Shown: positions 1 through 21,400 of the stretch, one piece after another
How positions within the stretch are numbered: the first letter of the stretch is position 1
Layout of the letters: each line of letters opens with the position of its first letter
Assembly (NCBI RefSeq): GCF_006345805.1
Contig: NC_043000.1
Location: 151,590,001 to 151,654,000, forward strand
From: Octopus sinensis
Lineage: Eukaryota
Length of the DNA stretch: 64,000 nucleotides
Direction of reading: 5' to 3'
The notes under the pieces: model-generated
The model's input: the letters and a program-made list of their open reading frames with translations, nothing else
What the model was told of the DNA's origin: nothing
The model's database searches: none
Program-made: the position numbers and the translations under genes

Positions 1-274
1 ATTATTGAATGAGGGAGTGAAGAGTGTTAATAAATTATTGTACAATTCAACAGCATTATAAACTGTTTTAGAGTTGTAAAAATAGATACTTCCAGCTTTC
101 ACAAGATAATCTCAGATGTCGTACCTATTTGGAGTTGTTAATCAGAAAGTTGTCCAATGTATCCTTTTTAGTTATTAATGTTACAATCATGTCTGAAAAT
201 TGTTATACCAAAAAAAAAAAAAAACAGTCAAACTAATGACACCATTGAGTTAATGTTATGTAATCATTTTGTAA

Positions 275-9272
<8,998 letters not shown>

Positions 9273-10740
9273 GGTGAACTGCCATCTTTCAGAAACAAAG
9301 ACCCCCCCCCCTATATACATATTATATATATATAAACTTGTTTTGAGGATAGCTTTGCTTTCCTTTCAGACAAGAATTGAGGAAAAATTCTGCTGCTCTA
9401 TTTTGGTTTCCACCCTAACGAATGTAAAACTGAAAAATTGTGTATCACTTTGTGAATATTTAGAGGAAAAAAAAAAAAAATCATTCAAATGCTTCCCCTT
9501 CACCCTATCTGGTTTATTAGTTTTAGGTTCATTTGAAGTCAGTGGTTATGATGACTTTCTTGTTACCTGACCCTTATAAACCCAAAATGTCGATTTAAAT
9601 GGGAGTGATTAGATGAGAAATTCCTAAATTTCTGTCTAACTAGAACCTTTCTTTCCTTGTCAATCTCATTAAAATATCAATATATGACTGAAGATAGAAT
9701 TCAATGAAGCAGAAAAATTTGTATTTCATTGAGAATTTAATTAATCATGTCACAATTCTAGTGATTTTTAAACATTTGACCTGTATTTACAAATTTACAG
9801 GTGAATTTTGTTTTTCTTTGCTCTTCATTAAGGGTTTTTTTTTTCTGTTATAACACATCATTTCAATATTTTTTTTTCTTTTAAGTTTCATGGTAGCCTT
9901 TATACATTATATAAATTTCTAATGAATTTTTTTTTTATTAAAACTTATCCTCAGTATTTCAGGGTATGACTTAACGGTACCAATACATTTTGATTGTAAA
10001 AGTGATTACAGATTTCAAGTTGAAGAATTTGAAGTGGCTTTGATATTTTCCTTTCTTTTTAAAAATAAACAAAACAAAACAAAAAAAAAAAAACAAATGA
10101 AGCCATGCCAGCCAATGCTGCAATATAAAAAAAAAATATATATATATTTGCTTTCACTTTTTCACTTACCTAAAATTCCCAAACACAAAATTTTGATAAT
10201 TTTCATCTAAAATAATTGAAATTATGTTGAAGAAACTAAATTTTAAAATTATTTTAAAGATCTCTTTCCATGAAACATGAAAAAAAGAAAATGAAATGAA
10301 ATTTTTTTTTTTTTCTGAAACTTATTGATTTACCTTTAAAAACTATTTCTACAATCTCTCAATTGCCACATTCATTTGGCTTGTGATAATAAACATTGAG
10401 AAAAGAGAATGCACTCATACTGCTGAAATTCTAATTACATTGCAGATAAATTTGAAATAAGATAGCTTACAAAATATTTTCAGATTAAATATTTCAGAAA
10501 AATATTCAAAGTAATTTCTTTCATTTTATCATTTATAAAAGATAGAGCTGACTATGCATTTTCAACAGTCTTGTGTTTTCTATATTTTATAATTTAAGCT
10601 TACTATATTTGTATAAGGCATGCTTTACTGACATTAGAAGTCAAGAGCTTTCAGCAAGCTATTAAATTAAACCCTCAAGTGAGTGTTGTGAAAAAAAAAA
10701 TTTTTTTAAATGCACTGATCAAATAGCATCAGCCTTTCCG

Positions 10741-10750
10741 CTACTACCTC
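10741..10750 (+). promoter_or_regulatory. Candidate let-7 target site in the putative PHAF1 3' UTR
   Basis: CTACTACCTC is the exact complement of let-7 nt 2-11 (GAGGUAGUAG). Confidence 0.35.
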
Positions 10751-10974
10751 CTATCTGATCACAGGCATTGCACCTCCATCATAAAACGGAACTCTACTGC
10801 ATCTTCAACTGAAATACCAAAACTACCAGGATGTAATAGCCCCCAAAAAATATGGGGGTTTTTTTTCTGTATCGAGGCTGATTTCAAGTTGATGTAAAGT
10901 TAAATGTAGATATTTCTTAAGACTTGAAAACTGTGAATTCAATTTCTATAGAAAAATATCAAACATTGAGTGTA

Positions 10975-11028
<54 letters not shown>

Positions 11029-12371
11029 GCTTTCAAGTGTATACAAAAATTTTAACTAAGGGCAGGTGATAATAGGTTCAAAATTTTCAGTCTAGTCAGT
11101 GTATGAGTGAAATAGTCTTGTTTTATTTATTTATTGAATTCACTTCATTTACTCAGCATATTGATAAAAATGTCAACATTTGCTTTGTACAAAGTTAAAA
11201 CACGGAAATAAAGTTGAACACACAGTTCTGTTTGTTATTGTTTTTTAATAGTTTTTACCTGATTTACATTTATTTATTGATTTTTTTTTTCTCTTTGTTT
11301 GTATTATACATTTATTTCTGTACTAAAAAAACTGATAAATCTGAAATTCCTTCTCATAATCAAGGATTGGCATTAACAAGTGCAACTTCCTCTTACTGAG
11401 ATCAAAGAGAATGTAGAACCAACAGTGTTTTGCTTCTTCTTTTTTTCTATTTTCGGAAGTGGGGGAGGGGGGGTCTATTTACCCTCGTGCTCTGCAGATA
11501 ATTTGATTGCTTTGCTAAGATCAATATTAAAAAAAAAAAACATCCTAATTTCTTAAATAAGAGGTTTATCTGATGGAGAGAAAAAGCATATTATTATTAT
11601 TATTATTAAATGTTCTTGTGACTGAATTTACACTGAATCAAAAACTGGTTGATCTGGTGGGTTTAGCCTCCATCCAAGCCACCCCAATTTAGATCTGCAA
11701 ATTCATAGCTTAAAAGGCCACAGAAAACTACTGGAATGAAATCACCAATTGTGGCAGGACCGGCTTTCTTGGTTATTTGTACACAAATAACAAGGGCTCT
11801 GGCTACAATTATTTGCTGCACATCTTCATTACTGCATTACAGATTTGATTATTTAACAGAATTCTTTTGGTTTTAATTTTAATGAAACCTAAGTGATAAT
11901 CGACTCCCATCTGTCATTACAAAAGAAAAAGGAATTTGCTTGCATGTTTAATAAGAAAAAAAAACAGGAGGTGAGATATTGACAATGTAGCAGTTACAGT
12001 GTATTTTGGCAATCTCTTTGAAAGGACTGTGTAAATAGTTATCAAAGATGGAATTTGGTCACAGTAACTACAACACTGTACACTCACAAAGTGATTGTCC
12101 TTTCAAAGGAACATTTTCCAGACCAAAGACAGAGGAAAGATGTAAATTTTTTAAAGCACTTGTCGATCCAATTATATAATGACTTTGTCCATTCTTTAAA
12201 TTTAAAATAACAAAACTCATTTCCTCTTTCTCTCTTTCAAGTGGAGCAAAAAAAAAAAAAATAATAATTCCACTTCATCTTTCAAGTGGAGACCAAGAGC
12301 AAGTTTTCAGTCTTACGTTGCATTTTTTCATTCATTAAGTGTAATCTCCCACAAGGATTAATGCCTTGCCA

Positions 12372-12498
12372 TCACAGTGTCTCTACCAAAATTTGAACTT
12401 CTTTTAATCCATCATCTAATTGACCCGTAACCTGCATTTTGTCTAGGATCACTTTAATCTGGTCCAGATTTCCATTAATGACTTCACATTTATTCATT
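12372..12498 (-). CDS. KATNB1: KATNB1 terminal exon ([41 protein letters not shown])
   Basis: 92-nt intron; acceptor ctttctttccag; TGA ends at 12372. Confidence 0.9.
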
Positions 12499-15400
12499 CT
12501 GGAAAGAAAGCAAGAATATTCTTTACATGCAAAGAAAGGAAAGTGACACTGAATTGCAAAATACATAATGGCAGTAATATCAATCTGTACCTTTCTTCCG
12601 CAGTGATATCAACACCAATTCCAGCAGATGGATTTAGACAAGATTTTAGTAAAGGCCCAAATGTTTCCAGTATCAACTTTAGAGTACCACATACAGTTTC
12701 AACATACCTGTAATGAATTTTAAATGAATTATCAAGATGATATTTTCAAATAAACAGAAACATCATCATCACCCCTTTTTCCCATGCTAGCACGGGTTGG
12801 AGAGTTAGTCAAGAGCAGACAAGGCAAAGGGGCTCTGCCTGGATGCTCTTGCTAATGCCAACCACTTAACAGAATATTAGCAGAAAAGTATTTACCGTTT
12901 GTGTGGACTGGTGATGAGGTCAACTAATTTGGGACTGAGTAATGTACACAGATCTAAATTCCATAAATCTCTGAAATGAATTACAAGTGAAATTAAAAAC
13001 TGAAGCATAATTTTTTTGTGGTTTGAAAAAAAAAATAAAGTATAACAGAAGTTTTTCAGAAAGCATTTCTCATGGCTGTAGACAAGAATTTATATTTATT
13101 TTTTAAACAATTATAAAGCTTAAAAATAATTACAATGCAAAAGCATAAAAAGTTTATGTTTCTGTCTGTATAATTTGCAACAAATACTTCAATGTGAGCC
13201 TACTTTATTTGAATTTCTATTTCATTTTTATAACTGCTTTACAAGCAGCAGATCCTATTTTAATTAACATAAACTGGAATCCTTATATACATTAATTTTC
13301 ATCATTCATTCACACAAAACAAAAACAGCTATGGTAAGAGTTATGTACCTTACTTAAACACTAACCATAGTAAGACTGGAACTTTTGGCTAATTCAATAA
13401 ACTATATTTAATTTCAATTACATTTTTCTGTGCCAGCAAGTAACCCAGTTCGAGAAACATCCAGCCTTTTAAATCCAATCTCAGATTAGAAGTATCCCAA
13501 CACTTTTCCAGTTTGGTAGTGCAAAAACATTGTCTTTTCGAAAGACAGTATAAGACACGAGATGATTTAAAGCTAAAATGTAAGTTTTGAAGTCGATAAC
13601 ATAGGAATAAGTATTATTTAGATTTGACGGATACTTGTCCTCATCTCGTTTGTTGTTAACACAACGTTTCAGCTAATATGTTTCGGCTAGGAAACATTTT
13701 TTCACGCTGAGAGTTGCTGAAGCATGGAACAAACTGCCAGCATCAGTTGTTAGTTGTCGGAGCACTGCATCCTTCAAAACTTCCATGCTTCCTGAGATTC
13801 GCCAACACTACACCTGATTTCCTCCCCTCCATACACACACAAGCATGTATCTGACTCATGCATTGTTCACTTTCCAGACATTTGTACATTACTGCATACA
13901 CTTTATATGCACTTTCTGACAAGTTGTGGTGCACCTGAGCATTGTATACAATAATTTCATTATTATTTATATACCCTCCAGCCTTCATCAGGGTATATCA
14001 GCCGAAACATTGCATTAACAACAAACAAGAAGAGGACAAATATCCGTCAAATGTAAATAATGTAAATAATATAAATAATGTACATAATTCCTCAAATCTT
14101 AAATATAGAAGTGTATAAAAATAACCAGCTTGCAATTACTTACTTTTTACTATTCATAACACTTAACATATCAATCACAAGAGCTGGGTCTCCGAGATCA
14201 ATGCATAGTTTTAGGGCAGCCTGAAAACAAAACAAACAAATTCATAGTATTTCATTTTTGGATTTGGTTTGCAAGATTCTTTATATGAGTTCGTGTGTTG
14301 AAGCATACTCTGTTGTGTCTGGGGAGAGTCGTTTTCTTTTTGTGCCTTATTATGTAACACACTCACCGGTAAAATTTCCACTTATTTCTTATTTTTATTT
14401 TCCTAAAATTTTCGTTGCGTCTTGCAACCTTTTCAATAGTCTTGACTGTACATTGCAGTGTAAATAACGGACAGTGTCAAGACTATTGAAAAGGTTGCAA
14501 GACGCAACAAAAATTTTAGGAAAATAAAAATAAGAAATAAGTGGAAATTTTACCGGTGAGTGTGTTAAATCATAAGCCACAAAAAGAAAACGACTCTCCC
14601 CAGACACAACAGAAATTCATAGTAATTAATTCTTATAAACCATAACTGATAGTGGTTCAGTTAAACTGAATTAGAATACCTATTAAAAATTAACTAATTA
14701 ACTAATTACACATTTTGAAGATTACAGCTCCAAAATGGAATCACATCAAGGTCAATATTGTTTTTATTTATTTAAATGATCAACAAAATAAAGAGCTCCT
14801 ACATGGTTGTTCGACTTACAGGAAATAACAACCAAATTCTTTTAAGCCAAATCTTACAAAAAGAACAAAAATATTTGATATTGTAGTCCTTGATATTTTG
14901 TCTGAAAATAAGAGAGAATGTCATAGTTGGAATGTTTTGACCATAAGATCAGTGATGTCCTGGAGCATAAACAACAATAACAAGACATTTATTTCTTGCA
15001 CATGAAATTATTTTTGAATCAGAACCTACCCTGGCATTATCGTACTTCCATTTATCTTCAATTTTCATTAAATTTGCACTTCTCTCGTGTAATTTCTCGA
15101 TTACAGCACTGTGTCCTTTCTCAATTTGGTTGAATATCTCAGCTTCTAACTCCTGTACAGTAATTGCATTAATTAATAATTAAAAAAAAAACCCTTATTA
15201 CTTTACCGCTGTACTTAAAATTACACTTATCAATCAACAAATTAAAAAAAAAATGATAAATATAAAACATTTTACATATTTCTTTACTCATATTGTGTGT
15301 CTATGAATCTGGTAAAGCACCACAGAACGAGAATGAATTCACAGTGAACATTTCACAGTTTAATTCTTTCTAAAATCATTTTGCTTCATTTATGCTACCT

Positions 15401-18400
15401 TTAGAAAAGACCTGAACTCTGCAAGCCAAATGGACGGGCCCTACATGGCCACTCAACATGTTAAGAAATAATTTTTTAAAAAACCCACTTCAAATATCCC
15501 TCTAATCACACCCTATAATCTTATCTATCAAAAAAAAAAATGATACATTGGACAGTTCAATCCTAGATACACAGAAAGATGAGACAGTCATAACTGAAAC
15601 ACCTTTCATTATAATGTTGCTCAATCAGTTTGTTTTTCTTTCTTTTTTAGAGTTTATTCAAAGGAGGAAAGGTAGTGATTCTGATGGGGGGGTTTTTTTG
15701 AGTTTTTTTAAGGAATGCAAGACTGATTAGAAGAAACAAGAACACTAGGGTTAGGTTCAGTCTTCAGACCCGACCTAATTGCTGGCAACAGAGTGAATCC
15801 AACTAGAAGTATCCATGGACCAAGTGCTGGTGTTAAACCAAACAATTTAACTATCCAAAACCAGGAATGGTCCAACAGAGGCTTCTACACACTTCCAACC
15901 ATGAGATTTCATTCACAAAGTTTTGGTTGATCTTGAGGTTTTAGTAGAAGACACTTTCCAAGCTGCCACACAATGGGACCAAACTAACAAAAAAAAAAAT
16001 GGGTTACTTAAAGCCTGTTCTGTCATTGATTGTTTGTTGCCTTGTTGGGAATGACTTTGAATAAAAAAAACATTTCAGAATTACCAAATAAACGAGGTGC
16101 AGTAACTGTCCAGTTGAAAGTAAAATACTGACATTAGAATTTATGTAAAAGACGTATTTTCCAAGACTTCCAAAATATTGAGGTAAAAAATATACATTTT
16201 CATTTCATTTTCATCTAGTTTCAGCTCACGAGCTGTGGCCATGCTGGGGCACCGCCATTCGGTGTTGCTACATGATTTTACTTCATGAATGCTTTGTAGC
16301 AATCGACAATTGGTGCATGAGAGAGTTTGATGCAGCTGCCCTCATCTGCATCTCCTACCGTGAAGTTGGTTCATCAGGGACACCTGACAGGAAGAGGTCC
16401 AGCTTTATTTTTAAAGACATCAGCTTCCACCCCAAGATTTTTTAAAAAGTTGTATTATCAAACAAAAAAAAAAAAAAAAAAAAGGAAAGAATGAAGAAAA
16501 AGAAAGGAAAGTATTATCAAACTTACTCCGCCACCTAATAATTTCGGGGATATTTTACTCTGAGGCTTAAGATGTTCTCTGTTGTTCGAAATAACTAAAA
16601 ATAAAAAAATAACAGCAGTAAGTGATAAGCAACTTACATGTCCAAAGTTTCAATAATTTACAATGTGATGTAAAACTGGTAATCAGGAAGGTTTTTAGCC
16701 ATAAAAATGTGAAAGAAATTCTGGCGACAAAGATTAACTCTGGACCCACCTCCACCCCATATTGTTTGTGAGGGTTTAGAGGGTTTAGATTTGCGATACT
16801 ATCCCTTTATTTTCCATTGTAGATGGGCAGATTTGCTACCTTACTATAATGGGCATTATGTCTATCTATCTGTCCGTCTATCTTTGTAATCCCCAAAATA
16901 TCGTAACCATTGGTCTTGCTGTGAAGAGGGAACAGTCAGTCCTCAGGAAATGTGATTATTTCGTGGATATCGACTTTTGAGTTGATAAACCACCTTCACA
17001 TTTTTATTAAAAACTAGCACTATGACCCGGCGTTGCTGGGTCATAGTGCTAGTGCATGCATATAAAGCTGCGTGCATGCGCACATACACGCGAGTACTGT
17101 CCAAATCTCCGACCAATCACATACAGCTAGCTGGCATTCAATTGGCGTATCAAGTTTCGGGCATTTTGATTGGGTTTTGGATATAAAATTCATAAAAAGT
17201 CACTTCTATTGATTTTTTAATGGCTTTTTCGGGTGACTAGGGAAATGTAAAGATGTGCCCAACCACTCTTGGACAGTTTTGAATGACCATAAAAAGTGTG
17301 AGCCCTCTAACTGAAAAATTGTGGATTTGTATAAAGGACACACACAGACATTTTGCCGTTTATATATGTAGAGATTCACCGACCACGAGTAACTCTGGAT
17401 TTTCACTGTATAGTTTGTGGCCCCATGGTAGATACAAAGGGGGTCACAAGGACAGTTAATAGCAAAAATAAAATAAAGTGAGTGTCAGTATATAGTGTGA
17501 TTATTTAGTGGTTATTGAAGTGTGTCAGTCTTGAGTAGTATTCAAAATAGCTGCTGTTTACATCTCAGTTTTGTCAATCAAAATAACCCATGGTAACAGA
17601 AAATCCAGACATTATTTGCATAGAACAGTGAGAGATAAGTCTTGGTTCGAATTTTTGCAACCCTAAAGATTCCACCTGCACATTCAGAGCAAACAAGGCA
17701 CAGGGCCCCATTCCGATGTTTACACACAGCCTGTTATACGTTGCTACGAGTAGAGCAACAGACTCCAGTAATTTGAAAATCAGTGTCAACCAAACAGAAA
17801 ATATCGTATACGAAGAAGTTTTGTAACCATATTGATATTATCAAAAGGAATACGATTCATAATTTATATAAGGAAATCTGTGAACTTTGAATGTATAAGA
17901 GTATAAACAAGTGTAAAATAGTGTAAACAACTAAAATAAAAGTATATCTAAATAACATTTTTTCTTAATGCTTTTTATGTAGATGTCAAAGGAAGCTCTG
18001 GCTTTTGTTAGGAGTGGTCCACATAACCATTCATGATACAGAGCAATTTTAATTCTATTATTCTGTAAAATAACATTTAATTAGTTTAAATGTACTCAAA
18101 TGCATAAAAATAATTCTTAATTCCATTAGACATTCTAAAATACTATTAAATTTCATTCAATTTTATAAAAGGTAAAATGGGATAGAACTTATGGGATGAC
18201 TTAATATATAAGCTACTGCTAACTCCTTAATTACTTAGTACTTAGAAACTGGAGTATCAAATTATTTTCCATTAGTGAGAATGAACAAAAGTCAAATTAA
18301 AAGTATCACTGTCTGAGATAACTAAGTTATTCAAAAGATATCAACATCATTAACATTTCAACTTACTATTGTTGCATTTTTGGTCAGATATTTCTCCAAG

Positions 18401-21400
18401 ATTGTTTTGGAAGTGGGTTCTGGGCAAGTTTGCAGCTTGGTGATTATGGTCAATATTCCTGTGTTCCAACTCAAAGGCTGAAGAGTTACTTTCTCTTCTG
18501 TGTGGCATTACAGCTGCAGTATCTGGGGTGCCATGACTGAAAGGTTTTTTCCTATCTAAGGCAGGACTAGAATAAAAAGAAAAATGACAGTTTTATCATC
18601 CTCATCTTCAACAACATCAACATTCAAATATTTCCAATCAAACAAGATTTTAATGTAATTTTTAACTTACTTTTTGTAAATCTTTTTAAACACTAACTCA
18701 AAATCTATTTTTCTACGAGTTAGATATGACTAAATATTTACCATAAATCCTCGAGTATAATCTGCATTTTTTCCCCAAAATTTAACGGTCAAAATCTTTA
18801 GTGTGTACTATATACGAGGTTAAAAATGAAAAATATTTTCTAAGCAATGTCCGAGCCTCTATTTGCTGTCCGGCAATGTTTATTCAGACGCATTTTGTGA
18901 TGTTGGGCGCGAAAATACCTTAAGCTAAGCCTGAAAGCAATGAAGTCATAAAAGAATCATCCATAACTTGCAGTAAGCAACATTTATTAAACGTTATTAC
19001 TGTTATTTCTTTATTTTCTGCAAACAAAATGCACAAAAAAGCTACACGTTTGCATTATGTTATTATATATACAATAATAATAAAGGACATTACTGTATAC
19101 ATTTTTACAAACCAAGGACGTTATATAGACTTCCTTGACTAAGTTAGAGAAAGGGTGCGTATTATACACAAGGTTTAAGTTTTTCAGAGGTACAGCCCCC
19201 TAAAAATCCCCTGCGTATTATACTCAAGGGCGGACTATACTCGAGGATTTACGGTAAATATTCACTATCACATTATGACTTGGAAAAAGTGACATTTTGT
19301 TTTGGTTTTTTTCCCTCTAATTTCAAAATCAAGAAGCTGAAATTCAAGGAGACAACACAATGCATGACATTTGAACTTTAACCCTTTAGTATTTAAACCG
19401 GCCATATCCAGCCAAAATAGTTAACCTGTTTTAAGTTCAAACTGACCAGATCCAGGCCCTCACGCCTACCCTACAATGTTATTCTACATTAAGTAATTAC
19501 ACCATCAAGATCTTGAAGATATGAGATAATGCATGGTTAATTCAAATCAATGGGAATCAATAAGCATTATGTTTGATAGAATAATCTGAACACTAAAGGG
19601 TTAAACAGTCTTGCCTACAGTTTTCCATAAGTTGATATCATGAGATCTGAAAATTAACTGAAATCAGTAATGGCAATTACAAGTTCCATGGATATTAGAT
19701 AATAGCAGATTCACCTGGAAATACTCTTTGGATCATTACCATAACAGGTATCCATAATTGGTTTAACTCTCTGGAAAAAAAAAAAAAGGAATTCAATATG
19801 GAATTTTATGAACAATGTTTTACATATTTGATTTAACTAATAATTATTCATCATGTAAAAGAAAAAAAAATTAAACATGATTTGGCACTCAGTCACCACC
19901 CTCTTTATTTTCCTTCTAGCTACTCCTACCCACCCTCACACTGTGTGACAGCCAGGTATCTCCTCTATAGCAAGACACCTGTGCTTGCCCTTCTATCATA
20001 CTTTAGCCTTCAACATCTGGCATAAAGTCACCTTCCCCTCTCTCAAATATATTCCTACTAAGTTAAAGAGGCTTTTCCCTTTCCATTCTTTACTGTCTTG
20101 CAAGTTACTTGGCAACCTCACTAGTACCAGTGTCATGACAATAAAGTACCCAGTGCACACTGTAAAGTGGTTGGTGCTAGGAAGGGCATCCAGCTACAGA
20201 ATGCATGCCAAGGCTGACACTGGAGCCTGATATAGCACTGCAGCTTGTCACCCCCTGTCAAATTGTCCAGTTTATGCCAGCATGGAAAACAAACATTAAA
20301 TGACGATGGTATGTGCAAATACAAAATACTAGAGAGAATTACTCAACACTAAAATTCACTAACTAAAGAAACTCACAAAATTTATTGTCATGTTAAAGCT
20401 ATTGTGTCCAGTTTTTAGTTGCATTGCTTTAAGTTCTCAGTTTAAACTCAGATAAGGCTGACTTAGACATTTCATCTTTTTCATGATTGATCCGCCTGAC
20501 TGGCCCTCGTGCTGGTGGCACATAAAATCACCACTACACTCTTGGAGTGGTTGGCGTTAGGAAGGGCATCCAGCTGTAAAAACTCTGCCAGATCAGATTG
20601 GAGCCTGGTGCAGCCATCTGGTTCGCCAGACCTCAGTCAAATCGTCCAACGCATGCTAGCATGGAAAGCGGACGATAAACGATGATGATGATGATATGTC
20701 AGTCACATGCTAAGGTCAATGTAATGAGTCGTGAGCTCCTGCAATAATATGTGGCCTTGTATTGATGTTAGAAATCCCTAATATTAGATAAAAGCCAAGA
20801 AATTGGCTGAAACAATAAAACTGACCAAGTCCCTTACACTATTTAAATTTATCACAATCACAAGTTCAAATCCTGTCATAGAAATATTTGACCAGTACCA
20901 AGTACTAGTAATACACTAGTTTCAATTGCATCCACTGTTGTTCTATTGATACAAAAACGACTGAGTCAAGTGAAAAACAAATCGCTATTATTGTATACAT
21001 ACAAGATAAACACACACAGAAACAAACAAAACACAAGCCATAGTTAATTCAACAATAAATAAAGTCGTTTTAAATGTAAATTATTGCGCTACATTCATAT
21101 TTATTTACTTTCACCAAACAGAAATCTCACACCTCCATTCATCTTCTACAATGATATCAGTTTTAATGAAACAGTCATCATCATCATCGTTTAACATCCG
21201 TTTTCTGCGCTAGCACGGGTTGGACAGTTCGACCGGGGTCTGGGAAGCCAGGGGCTGCACCAGGCTCCAGTCTGATCTGGCAGTGTTTCTACAGCTGGAT
21301 GCCCTTCCTAATGCCAACCACTCCACGAGTGTAGTGGGTGATTTTTACGTGCCACTGGCACAGGTGCCGGAGGGGTCCGGCATCGGCCACGATCGGTTGG

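Noticed and set aside
10741-10760. let-7-like gene on - (ggaggtagtagcgg)
   Set aside because: Similarity is limited to the seed region with no visible precursor hairpin; treated as a target site instead.
17574-17789. 71-aa minus ORF in a KATNB1 linker intron
   Set aside because: No convincing acceptor/donor pair in phase 1-1, and the flanking exons already join in frame.
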